A stretch of 59,026 bases of DNA, filler included. It is 6 parts of 6 records of this genome, joined end to end, with 100 filler letters (N's around TTAATTAATTAA, not from the genome) between each part and the next. Parts side by side here need not be neighbours in the genome. Positions count along the whole stretch, not along the records: positions 29,675 to 35,948 come from SRR31156797_5893; positions 36,049 to 41,444 come from SRR31156797_5894; positions 41,545 to 53,147 come from SRR31156797_5912; 3 more parts are not named here. One strand, given 5' to 3'. Made by a program: the position numbers and the translations under genes. The notes below the pieces were generated by a model. It was not told the origin of the DNA and ran no database searches. It saw nothing but the letters and a program-made list of their open reading frames with translations. Shown here piece by piece: positions 32,955 through 42,063 of this stretch (positions within the stretch are counted from its first letter, which is position 1; each line of letters starts with the position of its first letter).

Positions 32955-34003
32955 CAGCAGATGCGCGGCAGTTGTTCCCCGGCCAGCCAGTCGACGATGC
33001 GGTTGCCACCGAATTCCGTTTCCATTTGCACGAAATTCCGCGGATCCTCGATCACCTCGCCGATGACCGACGCATCCCGGCCCAGGGGATGGGCCCGCAT
33101 GGCGGCGAGAACGGCGTCGCAATCCTCTGCCGCGCAGAAGGCGACCAACTTGCCCTCGTTGGCGACATACATCGGATCGAGCCCCAAAAGCTCGCAGGCG
33201 CCGTGAACCTCGGTTCTGACCGGGATATCGGCCTCCTTGACCCTGACGCCGACGTCCGATTGCAGGGCGATTTCATTGAGCACGGCGGCCAGGCCGCCAC
33301 GGGTCGGGTCGCGCAGCACATGAATGCCGGGAGCCGCCGCAACGATTGCATCGACCAAGCCGTTGAGCGAAGCGCAATCCGATTCGATTTCCGTTTCAAA
33401 CGACAGGTTTTCGCGTTTCGACATGATGGCGACGCCGTGATCGCCCAGGGTGCCGCTGACCAGCACACGATCGCCGGGCCGCGCCCGGTTGGCAGATACC
33501 TCGACGCCTTCGTGCACGATGCCGACACCGGTCGTCGTGATGAAGATGCCGTCGCCGCTGCCTTTTTCGACAACCTTGGTGTCGCCGGTAACGATCATGA
33601 CCCCTGCTTCCTTCGCTGCCGCAGCCATCGATTCGACGATCTGTTTCAGATCGGAAAGCGGGAACCCTTCTTCAAGGATGAAGCCGACCGACAGATACAG
33701 CGGTTTGGCGCCGGCCATGGCGACGTCGTTGACGGTCCCGTGGATGGCCAGCGACCCGATATTGCCGCCCGGGAAGAAATGCGGCGAGATGACAAAACCG
33801 TCTGTCGACATGGACAAACGTCCGGCCGGAACGTCGAAAATCGCCTGATCGTCCCTTTTCGCCAGGAATTCGTTGTCGAAGGAGCGCTCGAACAGCTCCT
33901 CGATCAACTGAGCCATGGCGCGGCCACCGCTGCCGTGGGTCAGGTCGACCCGGCGGTTCTTTAAATCGATGGGTTTGACGTAAGGGCGTTTGGTCTTGGT
34001 CAT
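32954..34003 (-). CDS. hypE: Hydrogenase maturation carbamoyl dehydratase HypE
   Basis: HGSGG, GTVND, VTGDTKVV, RDPTRGG, ANEG and C-terminal PRIC. Confidence 0.97.
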   Translation of the reverse strand: MTKTKRPYVKPIDLKNRRVDLTHGSGGRAMAQLIEELFERSFDNEFLAKRDDQAIFDVPAGRLSMSTDGFVISPHFFPGGNIGSLAIHGTVNDVAMAGAKPLYLSVGFILEEGFPLSDLKQIVESMAAAAKEAGVMIVTGDTKVVEKGSGDGIFITTTGVGIVHEGVEVSANRARPGDRVLVSGTLGDHGVAIMSKRENLSFETEIESDCASLNGLVDAIVAAAPGIHVLRDPTRGGLAAVLNEIALQSDVGVRVKEADIPVRTEVHGACELLGLDPMYVANEGKLVAFCAAEDCDAVLAAMRAHPLGRDASVIGEVIEDPRNFVQMETEFGGNRIVDWLAGEQLPRIC

Positions 34004-34080
34004 CTGCCTGGATTTCCATTCTTGATCCTGCGGGGTCGCAACATATCCGCCGCTGGCGAATTTGCACGGAATTTTTTAAA

Positions 34081-34308
34081 TCACGAACCGTCCCGGCCGA
34101 ATACACCACCGACATCGGCGACGGTCAAATATTCATCGATCAACAAAAGCACACCAATTGCCGTCAATGCCAATCCCAGCAGGGTCATGCGCGCGATAAA
34201 GCTGCTATAGGAAAAGCGGGCCAGCCACATCCAATCGCTGCGTTCCTTCGCCACGAACAGGCCGTAAACGGCGGCAAGGACGAAAATTCCGGAGAGCAAA
34301 ACGGTCAT
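34081..34308 (-). CDS. Small two-TM membrane protein of unknown function
   Basis: 75-aa ORF with two hydrophobic segments, co-oriented with and upstream of hypE. Confidence 0.5.
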   Translation of the reverse strand: MTVLLSGIFVLAAVYGLFVAKERSDWMWLARFSYSSFIARMTLLGLALTAIGVLLLIDEYLTVADVGGVFGRDGS

Positions 34309-34510
34309 CGGCCCTGTTTCATCCGTTGGCGTGCGATCCAGCCTTCAATGAACGATCCAACCGCAATTCCGCCAAAACGGCGAACCATCATCAAATAGTT
34401 ATTCATTGCATGATCGAAATTCACCGGTCAGTCTGATTGAACGGATTGAATTCCGGCGCACGAGAGACTATTTCTCGTGTTAGGGCACCGGGGATCAGAG
34501 ATTTACAACC

Positions 34511-35923
34511 TTGAGTTATCGCACATGGCAAACAACTGTTTGCCGTGTCGGTCCCCTGGATCGGTGGGAGCTTGTCGGATTGGCTGATTTTCCGTTCCGG
34601 ATAGCATTGGTTTACGCGGTTTTCTCGGTGATATGGATCATCGGGTCCGATCAGTCCGTCGCCTTCCTGTTTCCCGATCATTTGTCCCTTGCCCAAACCT
34701 TCAAGGGATGGGCCTTCGTTCTCGTCACCACATTGCTCCTGTTCCTGCTTCTGCGCCGCGAAATGCGGAGGCGTTCCCGTGTCGAGGCACAGCTTCGGGA
34801 AAGCGAAAAGAAGTTTCGGGGAATTGCCGAAACCTCGCCGGTCGGCATCGTCATTGTCCGCATATCGGACGGCACCATCCTTTTCGCCAATTCGTCGGCC
34901 AACCGGATTTCCGGTTTCGACGACGACTCCAGGTCGCTGAGCGGTCGTTCCATCGACGAGATTTGGTTCCGGGCAACCAATCAAATGAACATCCGGCGGG
35001 CCCTGCTTAGGCGTGAACGGGTCGACAATGTCGAAGGCACCATCAAGCTGCCGGATGGCGGTGAACGAATCGTGCTTGCTTCCTTGCAGAAAATGAACCT
35101 GGACGGCGAAGATGTGTTGATCGCCGCCGCCCATGACATCACCAAACGCATCAAGACCGCCGTCGATCTGCGCAAGCTTCAAAGCGAACTGGCGCATGCC
35201 TCGCGATTGACCGCCATGGGTGAAATGGCAGCGCAGTTTGCCCATGAACTGAGACAACCCTTGGCCGCCATCTCCAATTATTCGGGCGGCGCCAAGCGCA
35301 TTATGCAATCCGACAATCCAAGGCCGGACGACATGGTCTCGATCCTGGAGCGGATTTCGACCCAGGCCCTCCGGGCCAGCGAGATCATCGGCCGGATCCG
35401 CCGCTTCGTCACCAAAACCGAGGGCGAATACGAGATTTCCGACCTCAACGCCTTGATCCGCGAATCGGAGGCCCTTTTACAGGGCGATATCCTGGCCAAC
35501 GGCGTCGAGCTCAATTTGCGGCTGTCCAATTCCCTGCCCGATGTGATGGGAGACCCTATTCAGCTTCAGCAGGTCATCATCAATCTGGCGCGAAACGCCA
35601 TCGAAGCGTCGGCGGCCAATACGGAAACACCGCCGCGCGTCATCATCCGCACTCGGGCTAGCAACGGTCACGCTATCGTCACCGTCGAAGACAACGGCCC
35701 GGGAATACCGCCCGATGTAATCGACCGCTTATTCGATCCGTTCTTTTCGACCAAGGAGACCGGAATGGGCATGGGACTGTCAATCTGCCGGTCCATCATC
35801 GAGGCGCACGGCGCCCAGTTGCATGTAAGGACGGTCGAGAACAAGGGCTCGGCCTTCGAATTCGAACTTCCCACCGCCGATGAAGTGCTCCTGGAAAAGG
35901 AAGAAGCGCAGATTTCGGCTTAG
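34511..35923 (+). CDS. Membrane PAS-domain sensor histidine kinase (FixL/TtrS-like); start probably the TTG at 34580
   Basis: Two TM helices, PAS domain (..HDIT.R), MGEMAAQFAHELRQP, QQVIINLARNA, DNGPG, FDPFFSTK, GMGMGL. Confidence 0.88.
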   Translation: MSYRTWQTTVCRVGPLDRWELVGLADFPFRIALVYAVFSVIWIIGSDQSVAFLFPDHLSLAQTFKGWAFVLVTTLLLFLLLRREMRRRSRVEAQLRESEKKFRGIAETSPVGIVIVRISDGTILFANSSANRISGFDDDSRSLSGRSIDEIWFRATNQMNIRRALLRRERVDNVEGTIKLPDGGERIVLASLQKMNLDGEDVLIAAAHDITKRIKTAVDLRKLQSELAHASRLTAMGEMAAQFAHELRQPLAAISNYSGGAKRIMQSDNPRPDDMVSILERISTQALRASEIIGRIRRFVTKTEGEYEISDLNALIRESEALLQGDILANGVELNLRLSNSLPDVMGDPIQLQQVIINLARNAIEASAANTETPPRVIIRTRASNGHAIVTVEDNGPGIPPDVIDRLFDPFFSTKETGMGMGLSICRSIIEAHGAQLHVRTVENKGSAFEFELPTADEVLLEKEEAQISA

Positions 35924-35948
35924 AGCACTTTCCGGTTAGATGGAATCA
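35921..35948. repeat. Probable end of an alphaproteobacterial intergenic repeat, MITE or IS at the contig break
   Basis: TAGAGCACTTTCCGGTTAGATGGAATCA begins on the kinase TAG stop and runs into the contig end. TAGAGC-initiated ends are typical of such elements. Confidence 0.4.
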
Positions 35949-36048
35949 NNNNNNNNNNNNNNNNNNNNNNNNNNNNNNNNNNNNNNNNNNNNTTAATTAA
36001 TTAANNNNNNNNNNNNNNNNNNNNNNNNNNNNNNNNNNNNNNNNNNNN
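35949..36048. other. Artificial contig spacer
   Basis: 44 N + TTAATTAATTAA + 44 N. Confidence 0.98.
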
Positions 36049-37389
36049 CGGAGCTGGCTTTGGTTCCGGCTTCGTCTGCTTGTTCATTTTTTCAGCGGCA
36101 GCAGCACTGGTCGTCTTGATTTCGACAGTGATGTCGAATGTGCGCGGCTGACGCATGATGACCTTTTCAGATGCGGCTGAGAAAATCTGCTGGGCATTGG
36201 CAAACGCCTCAAATGCCTCCTTGTATTCCGGTTCGGGCAGGGGGGTGTTACGGATGCTTTCGGCACGGATCCAACTCTGGTTTTTTGAGCTGATCAGGCG
36301 GTAGAAGTCGCCCAGTGCTTTGGCCTTGGCAAATGGTCCGATGTGGCTGACATCAGCGCCTTGTTCCAGCTGCATAGCCAGGAAAGGCTTGGTGCCTTCG
36401 CGGGCTGGTTTGCTGTCGCCCGAGGCTTTTTCAGAAAGGATGCAACCGGTATCCGGGAATCCGGTGACCGTCAGGTTGTACTTGCAGTAGCGGGAGAGCG
36501 GCCAGTCACCTGCCAGAATGTTGCCACGACCAGGGAGATCCCAGGGCAGAGGAATGCCGGTGCACTTGAGCTGCATGGCTTCTTCACCCTTTTTCGTCGC
36601 TTCCACTTTTCCGGTCGTGATGTCTGCTTTACCTTCTGTCCAGTCGACCGTGATCTCAAACTCCATCGGTTCAGCTTTCCAGGCGATCAGGAGCAGGTCA
36701 GTGGCCAGGGCGGCACCAAGCGGACTCGGGTCGATGCCATTGGGGCGGTTGACCGCAAGCTGGGTCTTGGGATTGTTGTCCCGATAGGCTACCGAGGCTG
36801 AGTACCAGTCGATTACGGGAACTTCCATCGCTGTGCCTGTCGAGCGAACGATGTCCGCGTATTTTGCTACGGTGTCTTCAATCCCAGTATCAACGAGCTT
36901 TGTGTTCAGTGACGTGTCCGGTGAAACGGGTGTCACGAGGAAGACCTTCTTTGCTGTTTTCTTGCTGCGTTTCACGAGTACTTCAAGATTCTTTTTGAAG
37001 TTTTCCAGCCTCTTTTCTTCGGTGATAACATTCCCGTCCTTGTCGACTTTCTTGCCGTTGACGTCGCCCATGCCGAAGGAAAGAATCAGGATCGTTGGCT
37101 TGTTGGGAGTCACCTGGGTGTCGAATCGCTTGAGGGCATTTTCGACACTACCGTCGCGTGCATCTCCGTAGATCCAGAACCGAGACTTCACTTCCGGGTA
37201 GCGAACCCGCACGAATGATTCGGTCATGAGTCCGAAGTTCGCTTCACCAATGATGAAGTTCTGAGAACTCAGGCTCTGATCTCCGAAGAACATAACCCGA
37301 TCCGTATCCGTGAGCGCAAAGTCTGCCATGGTAGGCATAACCGCAACAAACAGAATGATCGCCAGTGAACTCTTTGCAATCCGTTTCAT
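36049..37389 (-). CDS. Secreted SGNH/GDSL-fold protein with degenerate catalytic motifs (3' truncated)
   Basis: Signal peptide; RVMFFGDQS (block I), LSFGMGD (block III), PVIDWY..NGIDP (block V). Confidence 0.7.
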
Positions 37390-37393
37390 TTTT

Positions 37394-38128
37394 CTATGAC
37401 TCCTTTGGTTTGTAACGCTCGAGGAGCGATTTCATTTCCGATACTGCCGCACGCATTCCGATCAGGACGGCACGGGATACGATTGAATGCCCGATATTGA
37501 ATTCGGAGAAACCGGCAATGCCGGCGATGATGTCAATATTCCGGTAGGTCAGACCGTGTCCGCCGTGGACTTCAAGTTCGAGTTCGTGACCCGCCTTGAG
37601 TGCCTGGCAGAGAGCCATGACCGCGGTTTCAAACTCGTCGGCATTGGAGGCGTTTGCATAGGCTCCCGTCCAGAGCTCAACCGCTTCGAAGCCTGCTTCT
37701 TTCGATGCTACGAGCTGCTCCGGAATCGGTTCGATAAACGCACTGCATGTGATGCCTTCCCCGGAGAGTCGATTGACGACCTCGGTGATTCTGTCTTTGT
37801 GCCCGAGCACATCGAGCCCGCCTTCGGTGGTCAGTTCTTCGCGACGTTCCGGCACGAGTGTGCACTGGTCAGGTTTGACCTCGACGGCGATATCGACGAT
37901 TTCAGTTGCGATGGCCATTTCAAGGTTGAGCTTGGAGCTGACAGTCTGTCGTAGCAGGTATACATCCCGATCACAGATGTGACGGCGATCTTCCCGCAGA
38001 TGGACGGTGATTCCATCCGCTCCGCCGAGTTCCGCCTCGACTGCTGCCCATACCGGGTCGGGCTCATCAGCGTGACGTGCCTGACGAACAGTTGCGACGT
38101 GATCAATGTTTACCCCGAGTAAAGCCAT
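37394..38128 (-). CDS. pdxJ: Pyridoxine 5'-phosphate synthase
   Basis: LGVNIDHVATVRQAR, HLREDRRHI, TTEGG, GHGLTY, NIGHSI. Confidence 0.97.
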   Translation of the reverse strand: MALLGVNIDHVATVRQARHADEPDPVWAAVEAELGGADGITVHLREDRRHICDRDVYLLRQTVSSKLNLEMAIATEIVDIAVEVKPDQCTLVPERREELTTEGGLDVLGHKDRITEVVNRLSGEGITCSAFIEPIPEQLVASKEAGFEAVELWTGAYANASNADEFETAVMALCQALKAGHELELEVHGGHGLTYRNIDIIAGIAGFSEFNIGHSIVSRAVLIGMRAAVSEMKSLLERYKPKES

Positions 38129-38252
38129 ATCCGTTTCCCTTCAATTGGCTGTCTGAACCAGCCTGAACGGATTATAAGCGGTCAGGCGGATAGCGAAAGG
38201 GCTGCGAAATCAGGGATTTACGACTTTTCTGCCGTGTTCGGAACCCCAGGGA

Positions 38253-40094
38253 TTATTCTTCCTGGCTTTCAAGTTCTTCCTGGTAGCGTCGCATGACCGC
38301 CTGGCGGGTGATGATCGCCTCAATGTGGGTCGGATCGTGGATTGATGTCATGGGCAGGGACTGCAGATCGCAATGAGCGAACTTGTCCATGACGATGTCC
38401 AGTGTTTCATCCGGTCGGACTGTCGGGACGTTTTCCCTGACGAGTTCACCGACGACGAGCAGGGGAACAGCTTCGGGCTGGAGCAAGGCGGTTTTGATAT
38501 CAGCCGCAACGACCAGTCCACAGTAGCAGGAATCATCATCGACGACGACAAAGTCAGGAGCTTCAGCTTCCTCTGCGAGTTTCAGGAGTTTCTGGAACTG
38601 ATCTTCCGGATGTACGAACTGGGCTGGTGTCGGCATGACCTGGTCGGCTGTGATTCGCTTGAGGATCGTAATGTCAGCCAGGGTGCCCAGGCGAACGCCT
38701 CGACGGCGGAGCTTCAGGGTGTAGATGCTGTCGCGGCAGAGATAGCGTGCGAAGGTGGTCGCTACGATCGCTGCGAACATGATCGGGAGAATAATCTTCG
38801 ATTCTCGCGTGAGCTCCCAGAGAACTACAATTGCAGTCATTGGGGCGTGGGTTGTGCCTGCCACGGTTGCGGACATCCCAACGACTGCGAACGCGATCAT
38901 ATGTTCTTTCTGCTGAATCAGGCCTAGCTGGAACAGGATGATTCCGAATGCGCCACCGATCGCGGCTCCCATCATTAACGAAGGAGCGAACACACCACCA
39001 GATCCGCCACTCCCCAGGGTAAAGCACGTTGCCAGAACTTTCAGGAAATATATTCCCAGCAGGAACACCGCTGAGGTCGCCAGGGTGTCCGGATTAATGA
39101 TTTTTTCGATCACGGGATACCCGTTCGCGAAGAAAAAAGGCATGTTGTTGCTCTTCGAGAACCATACCCATGAAGCACCCGCCAATCCCAGAAGAATCGC
39201 TCCGATTGCCGGCTTGAGGGGTTCGGGAATCGGCACTATCTCCGTGAAATCTTCGGCCTTGTACAATGCCCGGATGAACAGAACGCCAGCAACCGCACAG
39301 AGAACACCAAGGACCAGATAGTAGGGGAGTTCGGAAACGACGAAGTAGTTCCCGAAGTTTTCGCCTGTAATCTGAACGATTTCAAAAATCGCCCTGTCTT
39401 CCCCACGCAGGGCGTGCATGACGGAAAGACTCATCACGCTTGCGATCACGACTGGGGAGAAAGTTCGAAGGGAGAAGTCCTTCAGGAAAATCTCAAGGGC
39501 AAAGAGGACACCTGCGATCGGAGCATTAAAAATGGCGGAGATCCCTGCGGCAGCACCGCAGGCGACAAAGACGCCCATATTCCGTCTGCCGACATTCAGG
39601 AACTGGCCGAATGTACTGCCGATTGCGGCACCGATCTGAATAATGGGGCCTTCCGTACCCGCCGATCCACCGGATCCGATGGTCAGGGCGCTGCAGATGG
39701 TTTTGGCTACAGCGACACGTGGTCGGATGACTCCATTCTTGCGGTAAATGGCATCCATGACCTCGGGTACACCGTGCCCCTTGGCTTCCCGGGCAAAGAA
39801 GTAGGTGATGAATCCGACCAGCAGACCACCCACAGCGGGGAGAACGATCAGCATCCAGGCGCGACCTCCGTAGAGCCCCTGGTCACTGCCTTCCCCGTCT
39901 CCATAGGTGAAGTGTACTGAGTATTCGAGTAGCTGGTAAAAAACGTTGCCCAGGAAACCTGTCAGTGTACCGATCAGGATAGCGACCAGGATCAGGAAAT
40001 ATTCCTCCTTGAACCCGATACGTCCCATCTGGCGGGTGACATATCTACGTATTCGCTCGCCTCTTAGCGCTAGCCTGGATGAAGTTTTGGACAA
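38253..40094 (-). CDS. ClC family chloride channel/transporter with C-terminal CBS pair
   Basis: GHGVPE, GSAGTEGP, FNAPIAG, GGVFAP, IYT; hydrophilic CBS-like tail. Confidence 0.92.
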   Translation of the reverse strand: MSKTSSRLALRGERIRRYVTRQMGRIGFKEEYFLILVAILIGTLTGFLGNVFYQLLEYSVHFTYGDGEGSDQGLYGGRAWMLIVLPAVGGLLVGFITYFFAREAKGHGVPEVMDAIYRKNGVIRPRVAVAKTICSALTIGSGGSAGTEGPIIQIGAAIGSTFGQFLNVGRRNMGVFVACGAAAGISAIFNAPIAGVLFALEIFLKDFSLRTFSPVVIASVMSLSVMHALRGEDRAIFEIVQITGENFGNYFVVSELPYYLVLGVLCAVAGVLFIRALYKAEDFTEIVPIPEPLKPAIGAILLGLAGASWVWFSKSNNMPFFFANGYPVIEKIINPDTLATSAVFLLGIYFLKVLATCFTLGSGGSGGVFAPSLMMGAAIGGAFGIILFQLGLIQQKEHMIAFAVVGMSATVAGTTHAPMTAIVVLWELTRESKIILPIMFAAIVATTFARYLCRDSIYTLKLRRRGVRLGTLADITILKRITADQVMPTPAQFVHPEDQFQKLLKLAEEAEAPDFVVVDDDSCYCGLVVAADIKTALLQPEAVPLLVVGELVRENVPTVRPDETLDIVMDKFAHCDLQSLPMTSIHDPTHIEAIITRQAVMRRYQEELESQEE

Positions 40095-40277
40095 CGATTC
40101 AGTCTCCGTCGAAAAAACAGAGTCGCAACCATACTGGTAGTCTGCTGTTTCAGCAAGAATAATCTGCTCAGAGCCGGGTAAAGGATTGTTGAAAGCGTGA
40201 TTACAGCATCAGAAGTCACGGTTCCTCTTGACCTGAGACCCTGCTTCGCGTTGAATGATGCCAGCGTGAGGTGACCG

Positions 40278-40574
40278 ATGGCCGCGACGCATAATGAGCC
40301 CGAGAACCCACCCATTGAGGGTTCAGAGGATCTTTCCGAAGAAGAACGGATGCTCGTCCAGGTCCGGGATACACTATACGAAGGCAATTGGGATGATTTT
40401 GTTGCCGACCTGAAAGGACGGCTTGAATCCAAACCCTATGTTTTCGATATTGTTCCTGCAACAGACCAGGTCAAGGAGCGGATCCGCGCTCATTTGTCAC
40501 TGATCGACCGTCTCCGTGAGTGGGAGAATACGCATTCGATCCGCCTGCAAGTGGATGAGTCCACTGGCGGATAG
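40278..40574 (+). CDS. Small hypothetical protein
   Basis: 98-aa acidic helical ORF with a good RBS (GAGGTG) in otherwise intergenic space. Confidence 0.7.
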   Translation: MAATHNEPENPPIEGSEDLSEEERMLVQVRDTLYEGNWDDFVADLKGRLESKPYVFDIVPATDQVKERIRAHLSLIDRLREWENTHSIRLQVDESTGG

Positions 40575-40632
40575 CGAGCCTCAATATGTTTGGATGGTCT
40601 CCGTAGAATAGTCCATTTGGAGTGATTCGATT

Positions 40633-41444
40633 ATGCAACGTAATGCGATGATTTGTCTTACCTCAATAATTGCACTTTCCTGTTCGCTATCAGTGCAGGC
40701 TGAACCTGTTTCTCTTCCCACGAGTGAGGATCTTGTTCCCGCTGGATGGTTTCAATACTGGTCATTGGACCTGAACGTCAGTGAAGGTGATGAAATTGGC
40801 GCGATTCATGTGGTCGATGATTCCGTTTACGTCACCAGTGTTGGCGGAGAGGTTTATAGCGTTCAGACTCACTCCGGTCTGCTGCGTTGGATTCACCGTA
40901 TATGTGATCGACGAGCCAAGCTCTATACCCCTTCCCATTTTGATTCACCAGACTATGAATATACGTTTTCATCCGAGGTTGCACCTGAAGGTTCACGGGG
41001 TCCTCGTAATACGCAATTCGACCTGAAAGCGGGCACTCCGCTGACGCTTCTTCCTTCGTTCTCTGGCGTTTACATGGTTGAACGGTATTCAGGTCAGGTT
41101 GTTCTGTTTCTTCCGAAGATGCATCCCCTGGGAGGCTCTCCTGTTGTCGATGGGAAGTATATGTATATCGGAAGCTCAAACGGACATTTTTATTCTGAAG
41201 ACTGGACCATTATTTCGCGTGGTAAGCCATATACGCGGTGGCAGGTGAAAACAGATGGTCCCGTGATGACGATGCCCTGGCTGGTGGATTCGGATAAGTT
41301 GATTTTCTCGTCCGAACAGGGGCGTGTCTATTGCTGTACCCGGAAAAACCGAAAGCTGATCTGGGAATTCAGGGTCCCCGATGTGATCGAAGGGCGTCCT
41401 GCGGTCAGTCCGGATCGAGTGTTCGTCGCTTCCATGGATCGGTC
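40633..41444 (+). CDS. Secreted PQQ-like beta-propeller repeat protein (3' truncated)
   Basis: Signal peptide and repeated Trp-docking motifs (VY..GEVYSV..SGLLRW; GSPVVDG..YIGSSNG; LIWEF). Confidence 0.75.
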
Positions 41445-41544
41445 NNNNNNNNNNNNNNNNNNNNNNNNNNNNNNNNNNNNNNNNNNNNTTAATTAATTAA
41501 NNNNNNNNNNNNNNNNNNNNNNNNNNNNNNNNNNNNNNNNNNNN
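41445..41544. other. Artificial contig spacer
   Basis: 44 N + TTAATTAATTAA + 44 N. Confidence 0.98.
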
Positions 41545-42040
41545 TGGCTACCCCCGCTTTAGCGGCGCCATAGGGAGCTCCCCCAAGGAGATTCGGACGC
41601 ACGGCCGCGAGAGAAGACACGGTAACGATCGTTCCGCCCCCGCGGCTCAGCATGCCGGGAAGGACTGCCTGGGTCAGCAGATAAACAGCCGTCAGGTTGA
41701 TGGCCACGACCGCGTTCCATTCTTCGGAATCGATCCAACGGATATTGCGGATCTTGCCGGCGCTTCCGGCATTGTTCACAAGCATGTCGACCGGACCGAC
41801 ATGGGCCTCGGTCCAATCGACCAACGCGGCGACATCCTCCCGACGGCTGACGTCGGCGGAGCGCCCGAAAGCCTTACCACCGGCGGCGGTAATTTCCGCA
41901 GCAACCGTATCAAGGACGGTCTGTCTTCGTCCTACAATGACGACTTTTGCGCCTTCGGCAGCGAGCATTACCGATGTTGCCCGACCGATTCCCGTGCCAC
42001 CCCCGGTGACAATGGCGACCTTTCCGCTAATTTCGCTCAT
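41545..42040 (-). CDS. Short-chain dehydrogenase/reductase (3' truncated)
   Basis: TGGGTGIG, NNAG and YGAAK motifs. Confidence 0.92.
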
Positions 42041-42063
42041 GGTGCGTCCTTTTTGGTTTCGGT

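Noticed and set aside
32955-33122. N-terminal extension of HypX in the track (620 aa)
   Set aside because: It overlaps hypE. The family start MRVLLL at 32954 gives a standard TGATG coupling.
31704-33964. 500-aa and 330-aa plus-strand ORFs
   Set aside because: Antisense shadows of hypX and hypE in high-GC DNA.
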